64,000 nucleotides of DNA. It comes from Octopus sinensis. Lineage: Eukaryota. The number at the start of each line of letters is the position of its first letter. The stretch's first letter is position 1. Of this stretch, positions 1 to 13,684 are shown piece by piece. Below the pieces are notes generated by a model. That model was not told the origin of the DNA and made no database searches. It worked only from the letters and a program-made list of their open reading frames with translations. The position numbers and the translations under genes are program-made. Location of the stretch: assembly GCF_006345805.1 (NCBI RefSeq), contig NC_043007.1, positions 27,900,001 to 27,964,000 of the forward strand. The letters are read 5' to 3'.

Positions 1-189
1 GTTGCTTTTGTTGTTGTTCTTTGCTTTGTCGCACGGTATATTCGCTCCCGTATTCCTATTCTTTGTGTATATATTTCCTCGCCCGTTAATCTCACTCTCC
101 CAACCTCATCTTTTGCTTTTAATCACTATTTTGATTCGCCATTTTATTCGCACATTATCTTTCTTTCCCTCTTGTTCCTGATCTCGTTG

Positions 190-720
190 TTGTTGTTCTT
201 CTTCTTCTTCTTCCTCTTCTTCTTCTTTTTCTTCTAGTTATCCTCCTTCTTCTCCTTCATCTTCGCCTTCTTCTTCTTTTTCCATTCCTCCTCCTCCTTC
301 TTCTTCTTCTTCTTCTAGTTCTCCTCCTCCTCCTTCTTCTTCTTTCTTTCTCTTCTTCTTCCTTCTCCTTCTCTCTTTTCTTCTTTCGTTCTTCTCTCTT
401 CTCTTTTCTCCTCTTTCTTCTTCTTCTTCTTCTACTTCTTCTTCTTCTTCTTCTTCTTCGCCTTCCTTCTTTTCTTCTTCTCTTCTTTTTCCTTTTCTCC
501 TCTTCTTCTTCTTCTTCTTCTTGTTTATCTTCTTCTTCTCTCTTCTTCTTCCTCTTCTTTCTTTTTCTCTTCTCTTCCTTCTTCCTCTTCTTCTTTCTCC
601 CTCTTCTTCTTCTTCCTCTCGTTCTTCTTCTTCTCTTCTCCTTCTATCCTCTTCTTCTTCTTTCCTACTCTCCTTATTACTCCTACTACTCCTTCTTCTC
701 TTCTTCTATCGTCTCGGTTC
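190..720. repeat. (TTC)n/CT-rich polypyrimidine low-complexity tract
   Basis: Degenerate ttc/ctt/ctc repeats read directly; ORFs 521..988 and 525..725 are its translations. Confidence 0.95.
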
Positions 721-744
721 TTCATTTACTTCTTCACAATATAC

Positions 745-750
745 CACCAT

Positions 751-825
<75 letters not shown>

Positions 826-842
826 CTCAGATGCTGCTACTA

Positions 843-873
<31 letters not shown>

Positions 874-907
874 CTCAGATGCTGCTGCCTCAGATGCTGC
901 TGCTACA

Positions 908-946
<39 letters not shown>

Positions 947-985
947 GCAGCTGCTGCTGCTGCTGCCTCAGATGCTGCTGTTACT
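745..985. repeat. Compound (ACT)n/(GCT)n microsatellite with four GCCTCAGAT interruptions
   Basis: Alternating act and gct runs with recurring gcctcagatgctgct units. Confidence 0.9.
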
Positions 986-1680
986 TAACATGTCATAGAA
1001 AACTATAACGAAACGAGTTGAGGTCAACTACAAACAATTCTGTGTGTCAACGTGATATATTGATGGGCGTGCATATAGGTGGGTTTGCGCCTGGTTTGTG
1101 CGCCTGTATGTGCATGTGTCTGTGTGTGTGCGCTTGTGTGCTTGTGTGTAGGTGTGTCTGTGAATGCACACCTATACATACGCGGCTTTCTTGCAGAAAT
1201 GGAACTGAGAAAGGGGCCATCTCCTCTCTCACTGGAGCTCCTGCTACTGCTACTGCTACCGTTGCTGCTGGCCTTACGTTTGTTTTGTAAGAACAACGGT
1301 TGTGACACTAGCAGTAACAGCAACCTTGGTTCCTTCATCTATTACTGTTGCTGTCTCTGCTCTTTCTCCTCTCTCGTCCATTTTCTCTTTTATTTTTTGT
1401 AGTTGTGTTGCAGCTTGCGCCATTTGCCGTATACCACTCGTCTTAATGAGTCCCTCTCCGTTCAAACAATTGTGTACCACGAACATTTACTTCTTCACAG
1501 CTTCTCAGGACATGAATCTAACAAACAGATCCGGAACTGGTCAGATATCGCATGCCAATTCAACTTTTACTATGCTATCAGCTTTTCAATCAGCTATGCT
1601 TTTACTTCATAGTAAAAAATAACCTGAAATTGTAGCGCCATTTGTGGTAAGGTAGAACACGTGAATGCGTAGTTGGCTTA

Positions 1681-1885
1681 TAATCCTTTCTACCGGTGTT
1701 ACAAAGTCTCAGATTTATGCGGAGGGGATTAGTCGATTACATTGACCCCAGTGTTTCACTGGTACTTAATTTATCGATTCCGAAAAGATGAAACACAAAG
1801 TCGACATCGGCGGAATTTGACCTCAGAACGTAGCGGCAGACGAAATACCGATAAGCATTTCGCTTGGTGTGCTAACGATTTTGCC
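1681..1885 (-). mobile_element. tRNA-derived SINE family A (head ggcagaatcgttagcacgcc; Meta-domain-like core gactttgcctttcatcctttcggggtcgataaa..gtaccag)
   Basis: Reverse complement aligns by eye to the near-intact copies at 27670 and 62468. Confidence 0.85.
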
Positions 1886-2650
1886 TTTTAGTATGCTTAT
1901 TATGAAAACCATTCCTTCCATGACAATTTCACTCATCTATTTGTCTCGGTTTATCTAAGGCTGCCTTATGAAATCTGTCTTTTTATTTCTTTTAAAATAC
2001 GATGATGATTGGTCCAGAAGTCAGAGTAGGGTTACAGTCGTAATTCTGCAGCTGAAATAAGCGATATTATGTTGATGTTTAACACAAGGTCAACTCTGGC
2101 CATGTAGCTGTACAGTAAAACCTTTCTATCAAGGGCTATCCCCTTTTTTCTTTCTTCATTATGGAAAGGTCTGCGATGAATGCCTTGAGAAAATTTGGTT
2201 CATATTACTGTAAGACGATGGGCTGGCCAAACCGAATCGTTAGAACGCCGGACGACAAGCTTCGCAGCATTTCTTCCGGTTTTACGCTGAGTTCAAATAC
2301 CGCCGAGGTCAATTTGACTTTGCAATCTTTTGGAGTGAATATAATAAGAACCACTTAGGCCCAGGGGTCGATGTAGTGGTAGTGACAGCTGCGTATTTAA
2401 AAAGCTCATCTTTTAAACACGAATTTAGGTTCAGTTCCATGCATAGCACCTTGGGCAAGTATCTTGTTCTATTGCACCAGACGTTCCTATGCTCTGTGTA
2501 ATTGAATTTGGTAGAGGGAAACTATTAGTCTGTTGTATATATATATATATATATTTAAAATTAGAAAAAAAACACCTATTATCAATTCAAGATGAACAAT
2601 TAAATTACACCATCTAGAAAATTAAGTTTGGATTTTATTCCCTCAAATAA

Positions 2651-2709
<59 letters not shown>

Positions 2710-3534
2710 TGAATCCAAACAAAGAAGAACAAACAAGATCAAACAATACAGGGGCTTTGTCTGTACCAGAGAGGATATTACTAGACTGTATGTGTTATAT
2801 CACAGTCGCCTTAGTTTTGGCTCCCATTGGCTGCCAGTAGTATAAATGGTGTTAATAAATGTTCAAAATAACTAAAATGAATGCGATGTCCTTGAAAAAA
2901 TGAGAAAACTTACAAATGAAACTGTCTTGTAAAGAAAGTAATAGAGCCAAATATGTGTATTTCAAAATAAAAGCACAAACAGATGAGGAAAACACGCGAT
3001 GTTACCGAGATTTAAGGACGAACAACAACATGAAGAAGAGAAAAAAAAATTCAATAGATGAAAGCCGAAAACTTAATATAAAAATTTCTGCAAAATAAAA
3101 GATAAAAGTCTTTAGGCATTTGAACAATGAAATCATCGAATTGAAAACTGCCCCAGACAAAGAATTTTTTGTTGTTTATTTAAATTTTTTTTTTTATTCA
3201 TTTATTATTTTATTTTATTTTTTTGGCTTTTTTCGGAGAAATGTTGAATGTAGAAATAATAACGTAAATATACATTCAAACGTACTGAAATATGCCAGGA
3301 ACAAAGATATAACGAAATCTTCCATTATCAAAACACTTGACAGTTCAGTATAGGAAATGTTATAGAGGCAATGAAGGAAACTATAAGAGAAACGAAATCA
3401 CGTGGCATTGACAAACTTTACATTTTACGAGGGAATGAAGAAAATATTTACCTACCTTACGAAAAAACCACGCGGCTCAAAAGTTAAAGTTTCCCATAAT
3501 GATAATCATCTCTGTTATAAGCACAAAGCCAAAA

Positions 3535-3722
3535 ACGTTGTTAAGAGAGAGGATTAGTATATTACACCTTATCCCAGTGTATAACTGGTACTTCTTTCAT
3601 CGACTCCGAATGGTTCTAAAGCAAATTTCAACCTCGGCGGAGTATGAATTCTGGACGTAAAAGTGGACGAAATGCCGCTAAGCATTTTGTCCAGCGTGCT
3701 AACCATTCTGTCATCACCCCGC
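3535..3722 (-). mobile_element. SINE family A, degraded
   Basis: ttcaacctcggcggagtatgaattctggacgtaaaagtggacgaaatgccgctaagc matches family A antisense. Confidence 0.8.
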
Positions 3723-3734
3723 CTTTTACTCTTT

Positions 3735-3906
3735 TACTTGTTTCAGTCATTTGATTGCGGCCTTACTGGAGCACCGCCTTTAGTCGAGCGAATCGGTATT
3801 TTGCCGAACCGCTAAGTTACAGTGACGTAAATACACCAACATAATTGTCAAGCAATATTGGGGGAACAAACATAGACACACAGACATACACACACACACA
3901 CATACA

Positions 3907-3968
<62 letters not shown>

Positions 3969-4146
3969 TATATACATACATATACGTCGGGGTTCTTTCA
4001 GTTTCCGTCTACCAAATCCACTCACAAGGCTTTGATCGGCCTGAGGCTATAGTAGAAGACAATGCCCAGGGTGCCACGCAGTGAGACTAAACCTGACACC
4101 ACGTGGTTGCTAAGCAAGATACTTACCACACAACCACTCCTGTGCC
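3735..4146 (-). mobile_element. tRNA-derived CORE-type SINE family B (ggcaccttgggcaagtgtcttctactatagcc core; internal TA/GT microsatellite)
   Basis: Antisense match to the full copy at 7921-8322. Confidence 0.9.
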
Positions 4147-4275
4147 TTTCGTAGTATTCTATATTACAACTTCATTTATCACTCTAACAGAATAGTGATT
4201 ATAGACATGAAACAATTTTCCACATGTAGGTACTTAAGTGTTAATATAATTAGTGTATAATATTCCTTTATCTTG

Positions 4276-4545
4276 TGGAGGCGTAATGGCCCAGAGGTCA
4301 GGGCAGCGGACTCGCAGTCGGAGGATCGCGGTTTCTATTCCCAGACCGGGCGTTGTGTGTGTTTATTGAGCGAAAACACCTAAAGCTCCATGAGGCTCCG
4401 GTAGGAGGGGGGGTGACCCCTGTTGTACTCTTTCGCCCCAACTTTCTCTCACTCTCTCTTGAGTAACGCTGCGATCAACTGGCGTCCCGTTCAGCTGGGG
4501 AGAGCTCATACGCCACAGAAACCGGGAAACCGGGCCCATGATACT
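4276..4545 (+). mobile_element. tRNA-headed SINE family C with tail type i
   Basis: Head ggaggcgtaatggcccagaggtcagggcagcggactcgc, B-box-like ggtttctattccc, tail ...agaaaccgggaaaccgggcccatga. Confidence 0.9.
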
Positions 4546-5635
4546 GGTTATGCTTGAAAAGGTCGAAAAAAATAATTCCTTCATCTCATTCGTGTATACG
4601 CGATATTCTTTGAAGAGTAAAGTGTAATACCAACTAATATCCGTTGTACTATGGGCGCAAAACCTAAAAGTTTCCGGAAGGGGTCCCTTGTCCGGCTTGT
4701 CCGACTCTGTCAGTACGCACCCGCCTTGTCCTGGTGCGAAAATGGAAATAAAATTGTACACTTAAGTATAATAGTACATTCATATATACTCCTTTATAAA
4801 TATTCTTTACAATTTTGACATAAGTCCAGTAGTTAACAAGGTTAGATGTTACTAGATAACATCGAGTTCCCTTCTTGTGTGGCACTTTATATTATCGACC
4901 CCGTAGTAATAAAAGGAATGGCGAAGGTCAACCCGAATATGGCTCAAAAGGAAAAGAGTCGTTTTAAGTTCTATAGCCCAAGACATTAACTCCGTCAGAG
5001 TGCCTTTGGCTCCGTAAAAGAAAATATATCAACTAGTTACGCGTGTACGGCTTTTGGAATATAACGACTACATTAAAAACGGTTGATATAACTGTAACGG
5101 TCTATCGTTAGTTTGTAAAGCAATACATCTCTAAGATTAGAAGGAGCTATTTTATGCCATAATGGATTATAAAAATGAACGAATGTTTGCATATGTTATT
5201 ATAAAAAAAGGATATCCCAAGATCATTGAAATGCTAGATTCATGAGTTTATCTGCAGTGTTTGTATGCTTAAAGAAATTCTGCATTCTCAGATGGGAAAA
5301 CACAATGAAATAAACACAGCGATGCACGAGGGAATCTCCCGGAAAACGAACACAATTGGATAAAAAAAAAATAGCAGGGTTTTTATTTGATTCTAGAACA
5401 CTGTTTTTGCTTTATGTATCTGTTTCCATATTGTACACACCAGAGACTTCTAAAGAAAATGATTTCGTAGTCGGTGAATTGAAAATCACTGGTACGCATA
5501 AGGGCAGTGTTATATCATAAGCTGAGTCATACACAGCAGGAACATCTTTGTAATTCGTATAGTGATTAAATCTAAAATAAAGAGAATGCATTCCAAAATC
5601 ATGCTAGAGAGGGCAAAGTCATAAAATAATAAATA

Positions 5636-5885
5636 AATGCGCCCTTTGAAAGCCTAGCCAGGCTCATGGGCCCGGTTTCCCGGCTTCTATGGCGTATGTG
5701 AACCCCAGCTGGACAGGACGCCAGTCCATTGCAGCGTTACTCATTTTTGCTAGGTGAGTGGACTGGAGCAACGTGAAATGAAGTGTCTTGCTCAAGAACA
5801 CAACGCGTCGCCGGGTCCAGGAATCGAAACCACAATCTTACTATCATGATGTTGACATCCTAAACACTAAGCCACGCGCCTTCAC
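5636..5885 (-). mobile_element. tRNA-headed SINE family D with tail type i
   Basis: Head ggcgcgtggcttagtg.., core tgtgttcttgagcaagacacttcatttcacg, tail shared with 4276-4545. Confidence 0.9.
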
Positions 5886-6213
5886 AAAGTCATAAAATAC
5901 GGATTGTTAAATCAACCATAATTATTAGAAGGTGGTGATTATTGACATCCATACATGTGTGCAATTAAAACATTTAGGAATAAAAGATATAACATGGAAA
6001 TAATCCATCCGACGGACTTAGATTATTCCAAAGAAATAACATAAGTCAATGGTAATACGGACTGATCATTCGAGTGCCACAACGGCGACTTCTGCATCTG
6101 TAGTAAACTGAAAACCGCAAGCTAGTTAAAGCTAGATACGTAAACTAGAAATCGCTCAATAGAATTTGCTGTAGCTGGAGAAGGAATCTAATGCGTAGGC
6201 TTTAAAACATTAC

Positions 6214-6281
6214 TTGGCCCATTGCTGTATGAAGCTGGGTTCACAGTATTAGAACACTCATCAGAAGTTGGGTTCATGATA
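6214..6281 (-). other. Candidate 68-nt exon (tttgttgtag|...|gtaatg); single open frame IMNPTSDECSNTVNPASYSNGP
   Basis: Splice-like boundaries and one open frame in non-repetitive DNA; no homology recognised. Confidence 0.2.
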
Positions 6282-7029
6282 CTACAACAAACTTTCGTAC
6301 ATGGCCGAATGTCACATGATAGCAAGACCATCTATAAGTTCTTCAGTCAATCACGAAGACCTTTATGAAACTTACGTAGAATAAATACTAATCTTAGAAA
6401 GTCTAAGTCCTGGGATCGATTTCTTCGACGAAGACACTTAAGGCGGTGCTCCAGCATGACCGCAGTCAAGTGGGTGAAATGTAAAAGGGAAAAAGAATTA
6501 TATATATAATATATATATATATATATAAATGTTTGTGTGAGTTTGTGTTTTTGTGAAAATATATATCCGTTAGATATATATCTGGATATATATGTTTGGA
6601 TTCAGTATATATATGTATATATATATTGGCAGAGCACAGATCCATCTAATGCAAAAGAACAAAACACTTGCCAAAGGTACTGTACATAGAACTGAACCCG
6701 AAATTGTGATTTCAATACGACCTTTCTTAATACACAGCTGTGACGACTACTATATATATCTACTAAGAACAGAAAAAGAAATCCAGTGGAAATATAAAAT
6801 ATCTCTAAACTCATGTATATTAACAGAACATTCGCTGATTGCAAAAACCAAGGTTAAATTTTGCAAGCAAATGTTAAACAAGCGAACGACAACAGTTGAT
6901 GTTCCATTGGTGACTGGAGTACAGGTCATCTATTTTCTGCTTATCAAAAATAGCTATTTTAGGTACAACTTCTTGATCTCTATCTCAAAGGCAAGCAGTA
7001 TTAAACATTCATACAGTTCAGCAAGTAAA

Positions 7030-7039
7030 TATACATACA

Positions 7040-7088
<49 letters not shown>

Positions 7089-7136
7089 TATATATAATAT
7101 ATATATATATATATAATATTATATATATATATGTAT

Positions 7137-7169
<33 letters not shown>

Positions 7170-7175
7170 TATGTA

Positions 7176-7235
<60 letters not shown>

Positions 7236-7384
7236 CAATATATATATACATATATATAATATATAACACACACATTATATACATATACATATATATATAC
7301 ACATATTATACACACATAGATATATACATATATATATATATACATACATACCTATATATATATACATATATAGATATATACTGC

Positions 7385-7448
<64 letters not shown>

Positions 7449-7450
7449 GT
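7030..7450. repeat. Compound (TACA)n/(TA)n/(TAA)n microsatellite
   Basis: Direct reading. Confidence 0.95.
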
Positions 7451-7920
7451 AAAGTAAAGACAGAAATATGTGAAACAAATATAGGCAATACAATTAATGT
7501 AAGATGACAATTCACAAGGTATTTGCATAATTCCCGAAAGAACTGAACAAAATCGGTTACAACGAAGTAGAAAGCGACTTTTGATTGTCAGAATTTGGAG
7601 CGGAAACTGAAGGTGTTTGTCTACTTCTCAGAAGAGAGGAGATTCGCAACGAGTTATTATAAGAATCGCAAGTCGAAGATAAAATATCAAATGTTTTACT
7701 CTGAGAATGATTGAGGTGCGAGAAATAGCAAGCAAATTTCTGTGAAACTCTATCACGATGTCTTAAATATCACCAATATATAATTTACTCATAGAAACAT
7801 TATATTTTGAAAAGACGGGATTTTCGCGCTTCATATTATTTTCATCCCACTACAGCTCAATCAGGGATGTCCCGGGGCTATCAAATAATTAAAGGTAAAC
7901 ATCATATTTCAATGTATGTT

Positions 7921-8322
7921 TAGGAGTGGCTGTGTAGTAAGTAGCTTGCTAACGAACCACATGGTTCCGGGTTCAGTCCCACTGGGTGGCACCTTCTGCA
8001 AGTGTCTTCTACTATAGCCTCGGGCCGACCAAAGCTTTGTGAGTGGATTTGGTAGACGGCAACTGAAAGAATCCCATCGTATATATGTGTATATATATAT
8101 AGTATGTGTGTGTATATGTTTGTGTGTCTGTGTTTGTGCCCCCAACATCGCTTGACAACCGATGCTGGCGTGTTTACGTCCCCGTAGCGTAGCAGTTCAG
8201 CAAATGAGACCGATAGAATAAGTACTAGGCTTACAAAGAATAAGTCCTGGTGTCGATTTGCTAGACTAAAGGCGGTGCTCCAGCATAGCCGCAGTCAACT
8301 GCCTGAACCAGGTAAAAGAGTA
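7921..8322 (+). mobile_element. CORE-type SINE family B, near full length
   Basis: ggagtggctgtgtagtaagtagcttgc head, ggttcagtccc B-box, CORE-like block, tail ggcggtgctccagcatagccgcagtc. Confidence 0.92.
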
Positions 8323-8590
8323 AAAGTGTATAGTAGAAAACTTTAGCCTCACCTACTCCTCTTTTTATGCTCACCAATGGTCAAAGCAAAGCACGTAACA
8401 AAATAACTGCAAACCATCATCGGAAAAGAAACTGTTGGTGATATAATTAAGATGGTTATTCACGTAGGCAGAGCTGTGATAGATGAAGAGCTCGCTTTGC
8501 CTCAAAGAATGATAAGCAAAGTTGACATCGGCGGAATGTGACTGCAGAACCTAAAGACGGACGAAATGCCGCTAACCATTTTCTCAGCTC

Positions 8591-8670
<80 letters not shown>

Positions 8671-8696
8671 TATTATCATTATTATTGTTATTATTA

Positions 8697-8740
<44 letters not shown>

Positions 8741-9232
8741 GATGACGGAAATTATGCTAGTCCATATGAGCATTCTTTATATCTTACCTAACAATGATTA
8801 TTAGGAGAAAACCGCGAAACTGCGGTATTTATCTCGAGACAGTATCTCATAAAGATGTGTTGCGCAAAAAAGTACACTGTTGCATGAGTAGCAGACGAAA
8901 TGTACGCAATTGCTTCCGTTGCCAATAACGAAATTTTAGCCAAAGCTGCCGACTATTTACAACACGGACTTGTTAATCGTTTCTTTTTTTTTCTTATATC
9001 TATACAAGCAAAATTTTCTCAGCCTGTGGTTGAGAGTGAATACTTGCAAATGACGACGCCCAAGGAAGCAGACAAGTAGATTTAGCCAATCTTCAGCAGC
9101 TACTCAGCATTTTCCGTCTAGTACTGATATACTTCAGTGCAATCTACCATTGTAGGAGATGCTATCTGAAGACAAACACCACAGCGTTGTTTCTTTTTAT
9201 AGTATAAAAAACGTTAATGGTAAGCAAAATGC

Positions 9233-9273
<41 letters not shown>

Positions 9274-9274
<1 letters not shown>

Positions 9275-9625
9275 TCAGAAAATATAAAGACCTACTCATT
9301 GAAATTGAGAAAATGTGGCATCTCAAGGCGGTTACAATACCAGTGATCGTAGGAGCACTAGGAATGATCAAGAAGGGAACCGAAAATTATATGAGAATGA
9401 TCCCTGGCTTACCATCCCTGCAAGAAATGCAAAAGATTGTCTTAACTGGTACATCACACGTATTGAGAAGAGCATTGTCGATGTGAGAACTGTTGCTGCT
9501 CATGTATTTTAATTTAACTTTAAAAAAAAATTAAAAAAATGAACGAACTACTGAGTTTGGTTTAATGTCCTACCAATGTATACTATGAGTTTCTTTGCCC
9601 TAGGAGTCGGGAAGACACTCGGCAT
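9274..9625 (+). mobile_element. 5'-truncated R4/Dong-like non-LTR retrotransposon 3' end (RLE endonuclease C-terminus + 3' UTR)
   Basis: Frame 9280-9486 reads KYKDLLIEIEKMWHLKAVTIPVIVGALGMIKKGTENYMRMIPGLPSLQEMQKIVLTGTSHVLRRALSM*; directly follows a (TAA)n tract. Confidence 0.8.
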
Positions 9626-10116
9626 CTCAAGGCGTGTATATATATATGGACGTATCGTCGGTTATGTAGGGTTACAAAACAGTAGTGCATGTCCTTTGGT
9701 AGGGGGTTTGGAACTTATACAAATATATAAATTCGGTAGCCCGACACTAGTATTACGGGAAATACTGTCATCACTGGACATGAAATTCAAACAATATGCA
9801 TCCATAACAGCCGGGTAATAATATTAGTAGTATTTAGCCGTATTTATACATAGAGGCTTTGCACATATGTATTTATGTTTATGGAAAAGAAACAGACAGT
9901 CATTGACACATGAAGAAAGAGTACAGAAGACATTGCGAAAAATATATCTCGATGTTTTTTCTCGATTTATTCTGTAGAGAGACAAACCTGAAAATATAAA
10001 GCAACGAATGAAAGTTGTGTAATTTGGATATGCTTTAGTCGATATGCGCACCAACGCGGCTGTAACTGATGTTAAGCTTCAGAGACGACATCAAAGAATA
10101 TGTAAGCAGTTCATTA

Positions 10117-10281
10117 TGTTACAAACTAAATTTTGGTACCTTTGAAAAAAGTTTTGCGAAAGAGTAATTCATTTATTTAGTTTTGAGGGGGTTTAAGTTC
10201 GTTTATTCAACTTCGTCACACACTCTCACTTTCTCTCTCTTTCACTCTGTCTCTCCTCCACGTCTCTCTAACACACTGTCA

Positions 10282-10314
<33 letters not shown>

Positions 10315-10638
10315 GAACTGTTACTTCATATTTCTCTCATTCTGTGACGTTCACACTCACTCGCTCTCAGTTGCTCTCACTCTCAGTTGCTGCCGTTGCC
10401 TTCTTCTTCGTCTTCTTCTTCCAATCAGGACTCACTCTCCATTAGCCACAAAGAATAATCTCTAATTCGTGCCTACTCTAAGCTACTCACAATAAAATTG
10501 TTAGATTTTCTTATGTCGCACGTTCGGATGCCTTCTACGCAACCCAACTCTGCTCTCAACTCCTGACGTCTAGACTTCTCCCTTTATATCTACGTATTGG
10601 GCTAGCCTACTTCATCGTCTGGGGGCGTCCATACAACA
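10117..10638 (-). mobile_element. Probable solo LTR (522 bp)
   Basis: Termini TGTT...AACA; flanks catta/cattt (4/5 match as TSD); on the minus strand a TATAAAG near the 5' end and two AATAAA near the 3' end. Confidence 0.5.
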
Positions 10639-10850
10639 CATTTGTACATTGCTTTTTTCCCGGTTGTCAGAAAATGCCATCAGGCTACAGTTTATATTCA
10701 ATATCACACTATTTATTTGCTGCTTTTGTTGCATTTTCACTCTTTCCTTGTTTATTTTTCTTTTGCGCTTCCTAATGCTTCTGCTTCCATTGGTATTAGT
10801 ATTGTAGTTTCTACTTCTACACTTTCTATTAAGAAATTATTCTTATCTGT

Positions 10851-11232
10851 GGAGGCGCAATGGCCCAGTGGTTAGGGCAGCGGACTCGCGGTCATAGGAT
10901 CGCTGTTTCGATTCCCAGACCGGGCGTTGTGAGTGTTTATTGAGCGAAAACACCTAAAGCTCCACGAGGCTCCGGCAGGAGATGGTGGTGATCCCTGCTG
11001 TACCTTTTCACCACAACTTTCTCTCACTCTTACTTCCTGTTTCTGTTGTACCTGTATTTCAAAGGGCCGGCCTTGTCACTCTTTGTGTCACGCTGAATAT
11101 CCCCGAGAACTACGTTAAGGGTACAGGTGTCTGTGGAGTGCTCAGCCACTTACACGTTAATTTCACGAGCAGGCTGTTCCGTTGATTCGGATCAACCGGA
11201 ACCCTCGTCGTCGTAACCGACGGAGTGCTTCC
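10851..11232 (+). mobile_element. SINE family C with tail type ii
   Basis: ggaggcgcaatggcccagtggttagggcagcggactcgcgg head; tail ...cgtcgtcgtaaccgacggagtg. Confidence 0.93.
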
Positions 11233-12233
11233 ATTCCCATATTCTTATCTCCATAGAACGAAGTCAGTTTAGCACAACTGGTGAATAGCTTCAATGAGAC
11301 TGAAGCCAGTAATTGCTGTGACAATAATAGGATTGTTGTGAAATCTAAATTTGTGGGAAACGTCTTGTCTCTTACCTTCATCTGGTTATACTCGTGTAAA
11401 TCAACAGTCAACACTATGTTGACACTCTTGTCATCTATCCGTGTTTCTCTTTACTAGAAGATGCGGTATTTGATAGTAATGCACTTATACTTCAAACCTC
11501 TCTACACTAAACTGAACACGATGGTGACATAACGATAATAACTGTGTATGTTTCCGGATGACTGTCCGAAATAAACAACTCTCTATTATAAGTTAAAAGT
11601 ATAACAATATAAAGAGACAGAAAGTCGTATGAAACTAACCGTCTATTAAGACACCACAGCGATGAAATATGTACGAATAACTATGTTTAGTACGAATTCC
11701 GGATTGAAAATATACGTGAAATATTACATTCACCAACCAAAAGTTTTACAGAAAATGACTATAGAATGATCCAATGTAATATCTCTATGCACACTGCATT
11801 TATCACCAGATTATAATATCAGATAGTATTATAATAGCGAAAAAATATATAGTTACGCAGGATAACAGATTAGAGATCACAAATCAGAGATCAGAGGTCA
11901 TTTAAGAGGGGTCACAGTTCAGAGATCACAGAACGCGAATCATTGATCATAGATGAAATATTATATATATTATAGATTTTTCTATAGAGAGTGATAGCAT
12001 AGTCGAAGTTAAAGAAGCAGAATAAGTGTTTAAAATTGGTCTCAGAGAAATAAGAAATCTTGGACATGCGAATAAATGGGTTTTATTTCCTCTCTCTGTA
12101 TTGGTAATAGAACTGCATCAAAACAGATAGTTAGGCATCTAGGAAACATTGACACAAAGCGAATAGACTCGTGGGAACTTGCCCTTCACTGAATCTCAAA
12201 TGATGGCCCTAATGATTTGAGCAGCAGATTTTA

Positions 12234-12305
<72 letters not shown>

Positions 12306-13684
12306 TAATAATGATATAATAATAATAATATAATAATAATAATAATAATAATAATGATGATGATGATAACAATAATAATAATGATAATAATAATAATAAT
12401 GATAATGATAATAATAATATTAATAATAATGATAGTGATAATAATCTCTGTCCCCCTCTTTCTATCTCTACTTCTCTCTCTTCCTCTCTCTCCTTCTCTT
12501 CCTCTCTCTCCTTCTCTTCCTCTCTCTCCTTCTCTTCCCCTCCCTCTCTTTCTCTCCCCCGTTCTCCCTCTGTCTCGCACATACAGAATTTCTTTCCCAC
12601 GTAATTGATCACTCTCTTTGTATTGCCCTAATACATATAGACGCTCATTTCTTCTCCCTCCTCACATGTATCTTTCTCTCTCTCTCTCTCTCTTTCGCAT
12701 ATTCATACATTGTCTTTCTCTCACATGTATGCACGTTCTTCCAACCTCTCCCTCTATTTTCTCGCACGCATAAACTCTCTTTCTCCCTCCCTCTCTCTCT
12801 CTCTCATACACATACCCTCTCTCCCTCCCTCTTTCCTACAATATTTCATGATCTTTTTTTATGACATATGCTTCTTCCTGACAACAGACTTCCTTTGTTT
12901 CCGATTCACTATAGTTATACATAAGGTTATGTCTCCAACTTCGGTCTATTACTACAAGGCTGTGCTCCAGCATGGTCTTGACATTGATGGCAACTAAAAC
13001 AAACATACAGAAATAAAATAAAATACTATAATAAACATGATATCAATCATTTTCAAAATTATGAAAAAAATGTAGCATTTGTTTATCTTTGTTGTATTCA
13101 AAATTCACATATCATACAAGTTGAAAAAAAATATAATTTTTACAAATTCAAAATTTTATTTATTTATAAATTCATTTATGTATTTTCATTTCATTATTCC
13201 TTTCAAGTGAATAAACACGTGAGTTACTAGAAGAAGGAAAATTATCTATTGAATTAGTCTCATAAATTCATGTATCTATTTATTTTTCGCTTCTTAATAT
13301 TCTATGAAAGCTTATATGTGACTTTTGTTAGAAAAATTTTGAGTCATGGAATAGCATGAGGATTACAGTGAACAGCAAAGATAGAGGATTAAAACTTGTT
13401 CTTATCTTCAGTTCTTTGCAGGCTGAATGCAAACATTCCAGTCTGGATCTATATTTATTACAAGAGAAATCTGTTTCTATATTGGTAAGAAATATATGCT
13501 TAATGGTCAATGTATTACGAAAGCAGAGGCAGTAACTATTTTTTTATTAACCACTAGTAGCTCTGGCTTATTATATAAACGCGTGAAAAATTCGTGCATT
13601 TTCACCTCAAAGTATGAACTAAATAAATATTTACATTCATATACATACATGCGTTTATATATTCATGCAAGTATATATAATAAT

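Noticed and set aside
190-720. Polypurine/polypyrimidine mirror tracts (also 17160-17410, 59200-59460) as H-DNA elements
   Set aside because: Structurally possible but ordinary for this microsatellite-rich genome
2628-2840. ORF ending in hydrophobic ITVALVLAPIGCQ
   Set aside because: Begins in a TA repeat and has no acceptor with a polypyrimidine tract
4276-4350. tRNA-like sequences at SINE heads (also 10851, 30585, 62163, 7921, 62468)
   Set aside because: A/B boxes continue into SINE bodies without an acceptor stem, so they are not tRNA genes
6255-6350. CUGAUGA and CUGAAGA on the minus strand
   Set aside because: No stem II-GAAA-stem III arrangement follows
9021-9080. Acceptor-like ttttctcag followed by PVVESEYLQMTTPKEADK* (YxxM-like tail)
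   Set aside because: 18 codons only; such matches are expected by chance in 64 kb
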